From positions 80,245,917 through 80,309,916 of the forward strand of contig NC_068983.1 in assembly GCF_001194135.2 (NCBI RefSeq): 64,000 nt of DNA. The letters are read 5' to 3'. Position 1 is the first letter of the stretch. Every line of letters begins with the position of its first letter. Source of the stretch: Octopus bimaculoides. Lineage: Eukaryota. Under the pieces are notes generated by a model. That model had not been told where the DNA came from and ran no database searches. It was given only the letters and a program-made list of their open reading frames with translations. The position numbers and the translations under genes were made by a program. Shown in pieces: positions 1 to 13,747 of this stretch.

Positions 1-317
1 AAACTGATTACAATATCTGTGCACCTATGTGTCACTTTCTGAGATCAGTGAGTTGTTGATCCCATATGTATTACAGTATATTTATTCAGAAATTGTATTG
101 ATCAAATGTAAGAGATAAATCTTGTAGTGTTCTTTGAAATGAGTACTTTCTTAAAGATTTCACTTTGCAAAACAAAAATTTCACCAATAAGAGTGTGCCA
201 TTAATGTCAGATCAACGTTCTTTGTTATCTGATTTAGAAAAACAAAAAAAAAATAATTAATTAAGATGTGTATGGAGAAGCATACATTTTAAGAACTCTG
301 TGAATAATATTAATGAT

Positions 318-715
318 AATAATAATAATAATAATAATAAATGCCCTGATGCAGTACCAGGTAGTGGCTCTTATGACTTCTGATCTTAACTGATTGGAAG
401 TGTTATCATGTATATTGTTTTGACTTGGTATAAAAGATGGGCTACATCAAATTTTCTGCTCAATACCACAGATTTGTTTGTCAGTTGCTTGACCATAACC
501 AGTTGAGCATGTCCCTTGGTGGCTGACGATATGTGCGTCTCTGATCATGAGCAAAAGTAGTGCGAGAGCATCATAGTCATATGTTGAGAGGAATTCTTTG
601 GAGTTTGGATAATTCACCTTTGGAAACATGGGTGTTTTGTTCAACATCCTTAAACAATCCTTATTCAGGGACCTTTGGAGCAGGATGGGCAACTCAACCT
701 GAAAAAAATTCTAAC
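318..715. repeat. Interspersed repeat adjoining an (AAT)n microsatellite, family unassigned
   Basis: (AAT)n at 318-340 followed by a complex GC-richer block with no convincing ORF. Possibly a SINE in - orientation. Confidence 0.35.
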
Positions 716-1730
716 GTCAGGAGAAGCATATTTCAGGGAGATAGTCTGTCACCATTGCTATTTGTGATTTGTATGATACTCCTCACACAGATATTATGGA
801 AAGTGACATCGTGGTACACCTTGAAAAATGGAGGAAAGTTGAATCACCTGTTGTATATAGATGACAATCTGGAATGGTACATCAAACAACTGATTGAACC
901 TTTGATTGTTGCTGTTAGATGTAGCAACATGATACCTAGTGAAAATGTCACACACCCAAAAGAATTTAAGAAACATGATGGAGAACAAAGATTGAACATC
1001 TGGAGAGTGAAAACAATGCACAGGCAGTACCTCAGAGAAATGGAAGGGAAAAACAAGACTGACACCTGGAAGTGGCTAAGTAAAAGTGATCTGAAAGGAT
1101 GCACTCAGGAACAATCTCTGAGAACTAATTACACCAAGTTCCAAACAGATAAGAGTAGTGAACCACCCCTTTGAAGGATGTGTGACAGCAAAAACAAAAC
1201 AGTTTTACATATTGTGAATGAGTGTAGCAAACTGATCCAAAAGGAATACAAAAGGAGGCATGAAAATGGGTGGAGATTGTGTGAGAATTATGATCTTGTA
1301 AGGACATTGAAATGATATGAGCATAAACTATTGTAGAAGGCATCACCAAGAATAATGAGTATAAGATCTTGTGAGATTTTACAATCCAGTATGATTCAGT
1401 GATTGATATTTGGAGACCAGACATTGTTGAATTTTATAAACTGATGAAGGAAACCAAGATTATAGATATTGCCATACTTGGAGATGTATGAATGGCTGAT
1501 AAAGAACTGGAAAAATTGAGAGGTACAAGCCACTGAAAGATGAAATTGCAGGAACATAGGCAATGAAAAGAGCAACTGCCATCCTTGTAGTTGTGGGGTT
1601 ACTAGGAGCATTTACAACCAAGCTTGAGAAGTCTGTTATAGAAAATGGGATTGACATGAGGTTAGAATATACTCAGAAAACTGCTTTATTGGGGGCAGCA
1701 AGGATTTTGAGGTTGGTATTTAGATGTTAA
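715..1730 (+). mobile_element. Decayed non-LTR retrotransposon of the RLE type (R4/Dong-like): RT, CCHC knuckle and restriction-like endonuclease remnants
   Basis: IFQGDSLSPLLF and HLLYIDD RT motifs. Downstream frames give HIVNEC...KEYKRRH, RPDIV-like, IDIAI.GD and QKTALLGAARILR, with frameshifts, stops and internal deletions. Confidence 0.85.
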
Positions 1731-2378
1731 ATATTGTAGAAAGAGACAGGTTGTTGTCTGCTCTTACAGAATTACCTGGAGCAAGTGAAATCGAGAGCTA
1801 GATATACTAGCCAATAGTTGTGATGTTGAGCTATTTAGGATCATATGTTCATATTATTTCAAGAGTATTGCATTTTGCTCTGAGACACGAAACATTTGAT
1901 TTACTCACCTTTGATAATAGATATGATGCCCACTTCACAGAGAACTTTGAACTATAAAACCATTTAGCAATTTGGTGTAAAATGACATCCATTTCAATAT
2001 CAAATTTTACAGAAAAACCAAAGCTAGGATGGATATAGTGTAAACACTTACATTTATGTAAATCTTTTTACGTAGCTGTGTGCTGCTTTAATGAAGAGAA
2101 AAGGTACTCAGTATATAGTATAAAGTATGATTGTATATATCTGACTGGACTGTTTAGCATTACTTAAGTTTCACTTTTATGTATCATTAAGATTGCATGA
2201 TGTAGTGTAATGATGTGCTCCTTTGTTCAAGATAGTGTTAGGGGTCTTACTATTTCATTGGCTGAACCAGACCACATGAGTCACTCTTAAGAAGTGATGA
2301 CTCCCAACTGAAATGAAACTTTTACATACTGTGAAACAACTGCTTGATATTAGAAATCTTGTAACCAAAATATGCATA

Positions 2379-2596
2379 AATAATTATTTCAAATTTTTGC
2401 TGCAAGGGCAGCTTGGAGGAGGGGGATGAGTCGATTACATCAACCCCAGTATTCAACCAGTACTTATTTTATCAACCCCAAAAGGATGAAAAGCAAAGTC
2501 GACCTTGACAAAATTTGAACTCAGAATGTAGCGATGGGCAAAATACTGCTAAGCATTTCATCAAGTGTGCTAATGATACTGCCAGTTTGCCGCCTT
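2379..2596 (-). mobile_element. SINE family A (tRNA-like head, GACTTTGCCTTTCATCCTTT...GATAAAATAAGTAC core, (ATT)n tail)
   Basis: Reverse complement of the family A copies at 17126-20479. Confidence 0.8.
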
Positions 2597-4043
2597 AAAA
2601 TATGCATAAATAATGATAAGCAATGATAAGCAAAAATCAAATATTTTTGAAAGATAATAATAATAGTTCATAATAGTTAGCAAAATAATAATTAGCATAA
2701 TTCTTGCTTGGTTGGCTGGTATGTTTGTTATGTGTTTCTCAGTACACTTTGTGTCTTGTGGTGCCTGCAAGAACATACTTTTCCTAAGAGAGGAGCAACT
2801 CTACCTGGCTTATTCAGAATTGGTAGTTCAGCTTGATTTTACATGTCAAGTCCTATGTTATGTTATTAGCCAGTTGTGAATTTTGGGTTCAGCAACTTTA
2901 CAGTTGAAAGTCTCTTTGTACAGGGAAATGCTTGAAGTTCAAATTCTTTTATATGGAGGCATGGTAAAGAAGTTGCATCTCTCATTCTAAAGATGGAGTA
3001 ATATAAATTTAAAATCTCAAGTTTTTAATTGCATATAGATGGTGACTTCTTCAACCATTGTATACCTTTTTCAGTATTCCAGTTTTAATGTGTAGTTGTT
3101 CTGCCTTTTAAAACTAAATGTAGTTCGCAAGATATGGCATCTGAACTTACTTCTTAACTTAAATGGATGTGCTATCACTATGTAGCCTTAAACATATTTG
3201 AATCAATCTGGCATACATTTTACTGTATGATCAGCAGATTCAACATCTACTCTCTATATTTTTTCTATTGATGATAACATATTTGAAATATGACCTGATT
3301 CTAATTTTTTTTTGGTGTGGGGGGGGGGGGGGGGAGCAGAGGCTGAAGCCAAATTTTTTTTCTGAGTTTATATGTTGGTCCTTTGTTAGTTCATTTCATT
3401 TTTTTTTACATACAATGTATTGGTTATTATGCTTTTAAATTAGTATTCTTGGTGGTATCATGTTTTCAAGTGAGATTATGTGGTATTTTTTCCATTCCAC
3501 ACCTTTTTGATGTGAATATCAATTTGTTCATAGTGCTCAATCAGGTGAATATATCATTACTTTAAGCTTCATACTTACAAATTCAGATGGCAGTTAGCTC
3601 TTTTGTAATGAAATGTACCTTTGTCCACGATGGTATTGGAGCCAATTTATTCCATTGGCTAAGGCAGAAAACATGGGTTACTTAATCAGATAACTCCCAA
3701 TCAAAATGAAACATTCTTCATTCTGCGGGATAACTTTGTAAAAGCAAAATAATTAGTAAAAATAGTGAAAATAAAAATGATTTATTATACTTAAAAAAAT
3801 AATAATTAGCATAACTCTTGCTTCACTTGATGGCAAAATTTTCCATGTGGATTCCTTTGTACCCTTTGTGTTTTGTGATGCCTTAAAAGTATAATTATTC
3901 CTCAGAAGAAAGTGACTTGGTACTTCAGCTTGATTTTGTGTTAAATTTCATGTAACCCCTTTAACCAAGCTGTGAATTGCAGCCTTCATGAGACACAATG
4001 GGTACCAAGGAACCAACATGGAGAATTTTGTCATGCATATGTA

Positions 4044-4076
<33 letters not shown>

Positions 4077-4780
4077 CTTTATTAAAGTGCTTATAGTTGA
4101 AAAAGACTACTTCAGTTAAGAACTCAGTGCATTGTGTAAGTCAGAGTAACAGGATTTATTCTCAATGATTTGCTAATCATTTCAACCAAAGAGATCTCTT
4201 TTGGAGTGAACTCTGTTTAACTTTTCAAACAAAGTCAAGAGTTTGCCTCCCTTTTGGAGTTAAGCACAGTTCTCTTCCAAGGAACCATTTTTGTTTGAAA
4301 AGGTTTGTAAATCATTTCAATGAACTTTATGCATAAACTGCAGATCACTGCATTATCAGTTCTCAATTCAATTGATCGGCCATTTACAGTGTGCACTGGT
4401 TTGCTTTTTTCCTTGGCACCAGCACTAGTAAAGTTGCTGTGTTGTTCAAAAAGTGAAAAAGAGTCCCACCCACCCATCTTGGTTGAAGGATTAGAGGTTA
4501 AAGAATGATGGATGAAAGAAATTTATTGTTGTGAGAGGATGGTAGTAGAGAATAACAGCTGGAAGTTTTGGAGAGAAATAATGAAGAAGACAGAAGTGAG
4601 AATGAGAGTAATGTCAAGGGTCTGTGTGAAAGAGCAGAAGCATAAAATGGTAAGAGTGATGGGGTAGCTTGCTTAAGTTGGAACCGTTACTTTCCTACGT
4701 TATATATATATTTTATCATAATTCTATGCCAGATTTCCATGTCTGCAATATGTGTGTGTGTTTATTTACACACACACACA

Positions 4781-4812
<32 letters not shown>

Positions 4813-5135
4813 GGAAGTGAATTTCTTGAACATTCCACCATACTTGGTTTACAGTTATTTTTGTTGTCATCCTCTTGAGGATCTTCCACTAGATTATATC
4901 AAAGGCTGCTTCAAATCATCAAAGTGTAAGATCACTTGATGTTCTTTTGTTTCTTTAGTTATCTGTCTTATGTATATACACATATGTATATACATTTGTA
5001 TGCAAGTGGGATTATAATGGGAGGAATATTAGGATTCATTCCTTCACTTGCACAAATTAATTTTGTAAAGCAACTGTATCATTTTTACCAAGTTGCCAAT
5101 GCCTTAACAATTTAATTTGAATTCCATTTGCTAAG

Positions 5136-5378
5136 GAATGCCAGCAGTTTGTAAAGGGAACAGCCCTCCACCACCTCCACCAGATGTTGCTCAAAATGAC
5201 CTTATGGCTCGACTTGGCCTGTTGCTAGAAGAACTCTCCAGCAGTGAACAAATGTCCACAGGCAGCAAAGAAGGCAACTGTAAAGAAGAGGCTTTTACTA
5301 GTATCTCTTCACTAACCAGCAGTGAGACCACACCAGATAAAGGCATCTCTGATACCAGTCCCATTTCAACATTAACGG
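5136..5378 (+). CDS. TANC2: TANC exon 1 in window (MPAVCKGN...DLMARLGLLLEE...SPISTLT)
   Basis: Acceptor ctaAG at 5134-5135, donor GTAAGT at 5379, 243 nt, phase 1-1. LMARLGLLL resembles the TANC N-terminal L.TRLGFLL motif. Confidence 0.82.
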
Positions 5379-5927
5379 GTAAGTTAATAAAGAAATGTCA
5401 GTGTTTATTGGTGTTCATTAATATGATTCTTTTTTTAAAGAAGTTTAATTTTTCACTTAGGTCTTTGAAAGATTTGTAGATGCTTGACAGAAAAAAATTT
5501 CACTTCTTTATCAAAGGTTGTATTACTGAGAACGAACTTCTTGATGTACCATTTATACATTGGTAAAAATAAATTTGTCTTAGATGTTTTGTATTCCAAA
5601 AGCAGTGTAAATTGAACTCTATCACATATATCAAGTAACTTGGATGCACAGTTATATCTGTTAAAAGAGACAAAATGATCATATCTTGAATAGGGCTATT
5701 TAATTGTGAGGAGGAAAATATGCTTACTTTCATTAGTTTCCAATTATTTTGTCATGATATCAATGGCTTAGTGAATGAGGTATTGCATTTCAGGGCAAAT
5801 GAAAATTTCCTCTTTATACATAATTATGGTGTGAGTTGATATTGGTAATCATATTACATTATTATTTTTCAAGAGGCTATTAGTTTCTCTCATTTCTCAA
5901 TATATTTATTGTCAATTTCCAAATGTT

Positions 5928-5958
<31 letters not shown>

Positions 5959-6747
5959 CTAAAATGAAATCAGTTGACACCAGAATATGTTTTCTCCACC
6001 CTGTTCTATGTAAACGTTTTCACCAAATATTGAGTACTGATCTTTTATATTTCAGTCATCTTAATGCTTATTTATGGTTCTTTTATCTAAGAACAAATGT
6101 AGACACATCATGTTATGTAAAGTGATAAAATGTTGCCATTAAACATTGCAGGGAACATTTTTCATATGTGACTATTACTACCACTTGGTGATTATTTAAT
6201 AAAACCATTTTTTTACATGTTGATGGTTTAAAATTAAAGGCTTTTCTGAATGAAAGAAAGATTACTTTACCCAGATTTTATTCTGTTATATTTACTGTTT
6301 ACCCTCTTGACAATTAATAATTTTTTAATGTTGTTACAAAAATGGCAACAGGCATTCTATAAATATATTTATAAAATTCAGTTTCAAATTATGCGATTTC
6401 TTCAAAACACAACACAAACTATGACCTCTACTAGTAAATACTTTAATCTTTGTAGATGGCTCTATACTGCATGTATATGTGTGTGTGTGTATATGTATAC
6501 ACACATCATACATTGTCTTTTGTCCATGGAAAAGAACCAGTTATATAAGTATGATATATATCATCTACAAGATTTTAGACTTGTACATAAGACAAGTTGC
6601 CTGACAGGCTAAAGGTGATTTGTTCATTGCCGATATATCAATATCTCATACCTGATTTAATGTTTCTTTAGATAAAACAGAGCACTACTTTCCAGCAACT
6701 TTTCTAGAAAATAGCTGCTATTTCAATCCATTTTAACAATTCCTACT

Positions 6748-7042
6748 CATCGTCATTCATCGTTTAACGTCCGCATTCCATGCTAGCATGGGTTGGACGA
6801 TTTGACTGAGGACTGGTGAAACCGGATGGCAACACCAGGCTCCAATCTAAACTTGGCAGAGTTTCTACAGCTGGATGCCCTTCCTAACGTCAACCACTCA
6901 GAGAGTGTAGTAGGTGCTTTTACGTGTCACCTGCACGAAGGCCAGTCAGGCGATACTGGCAACGGCCACGCTCGAAATGGTGTCTTTTATGTGCCACCCG
7001 CACAAGCCAGTCCAGGGGCACTGGCAACGATCTCGCTCGATG
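6748..7042 (-). mobile_element. SINE-like family C (5' units of about 66 bp, GGTTGGCGTTAGGAAGGGCATCCAGC body, (GAT)n tail)
   Basis: Near-identical reverse complement of 42050-42339. Confidence 0.85.
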
Positions 7043-9151
7043 TGAATAAGATTAGCTAGCTATTAAAGGAGCATACTCTTCAAGAATGTGCAAGTTGATA
7101 AGTAGGTAAACATTTAATCATCATAGAATAATATATTAAATTTGTTTGTACAAACAATACATATGTAGTAGGCCTATATGCTACTCAGTTTAATACCATA
7201 ACATGTTGATTGAGTGTTTTTTCTAAAGTCCAATTTGTTGTAAATATTCAGATTAAACTCTCACTTTCCTCCTCACTCAGTTTTTCTTTAGAGTTTCACA
7301 TTGGGCATCAGCTACAAGGATTTATAAATAAAACATAAATCTATGTACATATACATACACTCTATATACCCTATATGTCTAGAAATTTATAATCTTTGAG
7401 TTTTAATATTAAAACATCTACACTTGACTAGTTAAATATCTACAATAAGTTAGAAATATCACTCTTAACAATGGTCCTAAGAGGTTTTGTTATCATTTAA
7501 GACATGTATGATATCGACTTACTGTAGTGACTTTGGTTATAGATATAATTAGTTTTGGACATAGAACATATGAATGCATTTAAAAGTGTTTGAGTAAAGT
7601 TATGAGTTAAAGTACATAATTTTCATACAAGCAATAAGTTTAAGATGTATACATGTTGTTTAAGGACAATACAGAACTATCATCATTCTTTGTCATTTTA
7701 TACCCATTTTTATATTTTACTCAATCTCAAATTAAAATGTTCTGATGAATTGCCATTGAAAGTTTTCAATTTTTAACAGAATATGGTTGGGATTTTGAAA
7801 AGAAAAAGGTTACAGACCTACATACTACATGAGAAAAAGGTGTATGTTACCATGTTAGTAAAAACATGAGAATTAATCATGAGGTGCATGCAGAACAATG
7901 AGAGTCCAAACAATAAAGTTTCTATTTAGTCTGTTCATAACACACATTATCTAAATGGGGATGTTCTCCAATGATGAAAAACAACAGTGATCAGATATTC
8001 ATGTTCAAATCTGCCAAAACATATTGAGAATGAATAGATACTTTATTATTATGAGAATGATTGACAGAAAATAGTTATGCTTGCAATAATTGTGGCAGAG
8101 GTATACCAAAACTACATCAAATGAAATTAATTAAATTTGATCTTAGAAGATATCGATCAAATACTTGAAAAAAAGGTGATGTAAAAAGGCAATATTATAA
8201 GCTATTCAAATAAAAATACAATGATGATTAGTAATTATGTTAATGACCATGTGTTTGTGTGATAGCATGCTATTAAAATGTATGTAAAGTAAATAAATAA
8301 ATACATAAATAAATAAAAACATTAGAACACCTTCAAAGGAATGAAGTGATCATTTGCATATTACATTTGGCTGTTATTTTATAGAAGAGTATTTGTCTAT
8401 ACAATCTTCCTATTAAATGGAAACATTCAAAAGAAAATTTCACCATATAAGGAAATTGTATGCAAATAATACATGAGGAGTAACTTAATTTCTCTGAAGA
8501 AATGAAAGAAAGTTAATTTTGCTACTGTGATATTGTCGGACATTTAAAAATAAGCAGGTTTCTCTGCATTTAAAAGGTTAAATAATAAATTTATAAACAA
8601 TCATTATAATCAGATTCATAAAAGAAGTAAATTTATTCATTCTGCATAAATATTCAATGCCATTTACTATAGATTTTATACAATTAAGCAATTTCATGGA
8701 TTACATCAAAAGTAGGCTTATCTTAAATATGTAAGTAATGGTTGGAAATATGTTAACAGCACCATTTCCTTTAACATTCTATTAAACACTGGCTAGCATC
8801 TCCTATGTTTGTTCTGCTTTTATGCTTATATCTTTGATACTGGCCTAAACAAAGTGTGTGTTGAGAAAAATAATTTACTTCCACTTGCTTGATGATGTTG
8901 ATCATGCTTCTATAGACAGAAATCCTTCATGTTTTACTTTCAGACTGACTTGCTTCAATGATATTTTAAAATATTTTTTTCTTCATATTTGAAACAAAAT
9001 CCTAATTAATATTTCAGAAATCTGAACTGCATGTTTCAGAAATTTTGTTTGTTTTTTTTCTGCTTTGCTTTTATTATATCCTACTTCTTTCAATATAAAA
9101 ATCTCAGTTTCTAAAATGATTTACCCATTTATTTTGTTGCTGTTATTTCAG

Positions 9152-9358
9152 TTTCGTCTGGCAGTGAACATGGTCTGCATGGCCCACCCCGCAATATCTC
9201 TCACCATCACCACAACCATCACCACCACCTTCATTCGTTGTACACAAACTGTACACAGGCCTGCACTGCCTCTGACAGTATGACATCGCTGAGGAGTTTT
9301 AGCATTGGCAACGGAGCCAGTCCACTCCACACAATGCAAAGGCCGCATTCAATAAACA
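9152..9358 (+). CDS. TANC2: TANC exon 2 (VSSGSEHG...HHHHNHHHHL...SPLHTMQRPHSIN)
   Basis: Acceptor tttcAG at 9150-9151, donor GTGAGT at 9359, 207 nt, open in phase 1-1, GC-richer than flanks. Confidence 0.82.
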
Positions 9359-10248
9359 GTGAGTTTTATTCTTCAGCAATGCCTTTCTATCAGCAGTGCA
9401 ATCACAAACAACCAGGAAGGTCATTACCATTGCCTTGACAACACTCCTATCGGTCATTGAATAGGACAGCTGCCTTAACACAGACAATATCTCTTTACAT
9501 CCATTTGCATTTTTCTTTTACATTTATTCTTCTTTTTCATTTTGTAAAATATAGTTTAATTTTCAAAATTTTTCTTCTCTTTTTTTTCTTGCTTCAATAA
9601 TGAATTAATGTCTTTTATATTAATATTTTTCAATTAAATCTGCAGCTTTTATTCAGATAGATAGGTATATCTTTCTTTTAACAAATTGTTTTCATTCTTT
9701 TTATATACAATAAGAAATACAAGTGTCATCAAAGATTGACTAATACTATTTAGCTAATTCATTTCCATCTAGTTGTACCTTTTTATTGTTAGTATATCTT
9801 CCAAGAAATAATATTTAGATTTGCTTATAAGTGGCTTTATGTTAGCAGTAAAGGGTAGGAGCCTATTCACTGAAAATATAAAATAAATCCTGAAAATTAC
9901 GAAATTTTTGCAAATATTAATTACATTTAGAAAGAAACTTCAGTTATCATCAGGAGCTATTCCTCATTCTATTAAACATTAAAATCAATCTGTTCAAGAT
10001 TAATTAGAACTATTAAACTGCTATGTGTTTTAACAATTTTCTTTTAATGTAAATCATTGAACCATAATTTTACTAAAAATAAAAATCACCAACCAATTTG
10101 AAATGAATCTTCAAGCAATATCATAATATAGTATAAGAAGATCAGCAACTTACTAACCACTCAGTATAAATGTATTTTTTCTATAGTCAAAAGAATAAAG
10201 AAAAAAAATCATTTAGCTACAATTTCATATACCTGGTACTTTTTACAG

Positions 10249-10350
10249 CTGTTACTCCAGGACCCATAGAAGATCTGCAATTGTTTGGGAAAAGAAAGTC
10301 TTCCCTACGTCTGTCTTCTACCCGAGGTAGCATTGGACTTCTTTCTGATG
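10249..10350 (+). CDS. TANC2: TANC exon 3 (TVTPGPIEDLQLFGKRKSSLRLSSTRGSIGLLSD)
   Basis: Acceptor ttttacAG at 10247-10248, donor GTAAAT at 10351, 102 nt, phase 1-1. Confidence 0.82.
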
Positions 10351-10760
10351 GTAAATTCAATTTGCGCTTGAATAATTTCTTTAATTCACTCACTCATTCA
10401 CTTTCTCTCATATGCACATACACATGCACACAAATACACACACACATGCACACTCACATATGCACACACTTCTACTAAATTGTTAAAGTAATTTGTTGAT
10501 TTTGAAATGAAATTTCCAGAAGCTCAATATCCTTGATTTCATGAAAATGTGTAATTAATCTTAACGTTGTATACAAAATTTCAATTGATACTTTTTTTTA
10601 ACCAATTCTGATCCCGAAAAGAACAAATATTTTTTAATGATAAAAGACTGGATATTAAGAGCAAAAAGTTATATATATGTATTTATATACATCTTAAATC
10701 GTTCATATATCAAAAAAAAAAAAAGAAGCACACTCTAAAACATTAGAGCAGTAATATATT

Positions 10761-11032
10761 TAGAAGGTTGTCTGTTATGGCCAGTCAGAGACTGACTATT
10801 GGTTTTGCACCTATAAAATGCTTTACTGTATAGGCAACTGGTCAGGCTCAAATGATCAGAGGCACATAACCTCTCTACAACTCCAGTCATAAAAAAAAAA
10901 GAAAGAAAAGAGTTGTAGTGAGGTTATGTACTTCTGACCATTTGAATCTGATGAGTCACCTATACAGCTAAGCACTTTATAGGTGCAAAACCAATGGTCA
11001 CTCTCTGACTGGCCATAACAAACAACCTTCTA
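10761..11032. repeat. Fold-back element: 123-bp inverted arms, 26-nt loop, TA at both ends (MITE-like)
   Basis: 10761-10883 aligns without gaps to the reverse complement of 10910-11032 with 16 mismatches (87%). Confidence 0.9.
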
Positions 11033-11780
11033 TATATATATATATATGTTTATATTGATTTCAGTAGCTAAACATTAAACTGAATATATACATTCTCACA
11101 AGTCTACAGTATTGAAATATTCTGAGTGGTTAAAACAAAACTAGATTTAAAGGGATAAATCATTTAGTTAATTGATATCTCTGGTCAATTTGTATTAATT
11201 AGTATCCTAGTTTAAAATGTTTGTTCTATCCCAGTACCCTTATTTACCCATTATAGATATGTTGGATCATAAACCTTCCAGTGTAGTTGTTAACACACTG
11301 AAAGTGTTTTAATGTGACACTCTTTCAAATCTGAAATCAAACTATCAATAAACTTTATTGTCTATAATTAACAAATTTCTCTCCCACAGTAGAGATAATT
11401 AAATTTGTTCTATTGAAATTAAACGTATTTAGATGTAATGTTGGTCAGTTTTAGCAAAAAAAAAAAAGAAAATAGGAGTAATTTTTCTGTTAAAGATCAT
11501 ACATCAGCTAAGTATTTATCATGCCCTATATGACAAAATCCCTTACACTGCAGTTGTCTCTGATCTACTGCCTACTACTGATATGCATTTCTTTGAAGTT
11601 CTTCACCCCATTAACTCTGTTTTGCTCCATTAAGTGAAAGAAATTGATCAATCATTCTTCTGTGTTTCCTAAATGTTATTTGGAATTTATGCTTGAAGTT
11701 AGAGTATACAACTACTAGCTTAATAATCAATACATAAATAAAACTGCCACCCTCTGGTTCTCTCTCTCTCTCCTCTCCCA

Positions 11781-11832
<52 letters not shown>

Positions 11833-12837
11833 TTACATACATACATATTATATCTTCTCTTTTGGTTTTCTTTTTTTTCTCTAATTCATAAATAACATCA
11901 AAATATGTTCAAGGCATTTAGTAACTGAACTGTTCATTAGTGAAAGAGAATGATAAAACTGAATGAAAAGATTTTGTAAAATAATTAAAAATGTCTAAAT
12001 GTATAAAATTAATATGAGGCTCAAATAAGAAAAACAATAAATACATTTTGAGTTTTCAGAAGAGTTTTTATGTTAACTATAAACATTATTATATAATGTT
12101 TATAGTTAGTTTATAGTAGGTGATATGCTTGGTTCTGTTCCAAATTCTGTTAAATATTCTTAACACTTGGTTAGCTTAAGTATAGAAAGGTAGATTAAAT
12201 GAGTACATACTTTAAATTAAGAAATATAAATGACAGGAACTTAGTTTTTAAATAAACGATGAAAAATAGAATTTTGAATTAGTTTATGATCATTGAACCC
12301 AAATCTAATAAACTTTCACAAAACCTTGCAATATAATTTAAAATTTCAGTTTTTTTTATTCATTCTTTGAATCTTTTAAAATTTTCTCATAATCAGTTAA
12401 TTGTAGTAGCATGTAATATTTTTTAGAAAAAATAAAGCCAAAATGATAATTTACATGAATCCAGTCCTAAGATATATATACACTCTGTTTTACATACAAG
12501 ATATGTAAGAAAATTATATACACTATGACTAAAATAAAATGTGCCATTTTCTTGCAATGCCAGAATATTGCAGCTAATTTATCACAGAAAAAGATTGACT
12601 TAAACAATTTTTTTGAAGATTTTGTGGTTTTCATTCATATCTGCACACATTGCAAATATAGATGTACTACAATTTCACAATTTTTTGGCAATGAAATAGG
12701 GAAGCTTAAGAGTACATAAAGAATAAACGTTTAATGATTCAGTTTTAGAATTACTTCATACATAAATACATTAAGATTTATGTTTTCTTTCTGTTAATGG
12801 TTTGAAAATAATGGTAGATGTTTGGTGGTGCATTCAC

Positions 12838-12880
<43 letters not shown>

Positions 12881-13696
12881 CTCTCTATGCATGTGTATGT
12901 GTGTGTGTGTGTGTGTTTGCTTATACATTTGTATATGTATTAGTGTATGTATGCATATTTCTTTATTTTTCAATTATTTGCATTCTTCATATAAGGAAGA
13001 ACCTAGTTTCTAGCAAAGTTCCTTTACTGGAATTTAGATTAAAAACAAAATGACTGTTATATGTTGATCTTAGAAAAGACTGGCATTTTTTTGTTGTTCT
13101 GTTTCTAGACTGTTTGTAAAGTCAATTTTAGCTGTTTACATTTTTTACTTGAAAACTATAGTTTTTTTACATTGTTGTTTAAACATTTAATAATGTAACC
13201 AAGGACACCATCAATAATTATACGTGTGTGTGTGTGTGTGTGTGTGTACATGCACACATATATTCACATATGCATATACATGTGAGTGAACTTTGTAGAT
13301 GACTTCTACACAGAAGCATGTCGTGTGTGTGTGTTTGACTCTCACCACTTTATAAACAGCTTTGATCTACTTCCATTCCTGCAACTTAGCTGTCTGACAA
13401 GAAGAGCCTGACATGATGAATACTGGATTTAAAAATTAAGTCCTGTGGTTCACTTGATCATCTAAGCTCTTCAATGCTGTCCCTTAGTGTATATTCAGAG
13501 TTCAGTGACTGAATTAAGTAAAAGAATTCTATATGTGACATTGGTTTTTCATCGATGAGTTCATAAACCTTGGTTCTTTTCCCTAATACTATATATTTAT
13601 ATATATTTTATACTGTGAAACTTAATTTAATTTCAATTTTTAATAAATTGATTTTAATTGAGTTTTTACTTGTAATTTTAGATTTTATCCCTAATA

Positions 13697-13747
<51 letters not shown>

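Noticed and set aside
560-1174. 204-aa ORF as a host gene
   Set aside because: A chimeric reading of repeat sequence and a decayed LINE RT with internal deletions.
2257-2283. CCAAT-like (ATTGG) and AP-1 (TGAGTCA) motifs as a promoter
   Set aside because: Short motifs expected by chance in 64 kb; no TSS evidence.
3317-3334. Poly-G run as a G-quadruplex (also C runs near 44052 and 58993)
   Set aside because: Simple homopolymers, error-prone in assembly, with no functional context.
4320-4508. 62-aa ORF as an upstream TANC exon
   Set aside because: No convincing splice sites in compatible phase and no recognisable similarity.
9359-9438. Read-through extension of exon 2 (SEFYSS...SLPLP*)
   Set aside because: A canonical GTGAGT donor at 9359 gives a phase-correct join; there is no evidence for retention or a nearby poly(A) signal.
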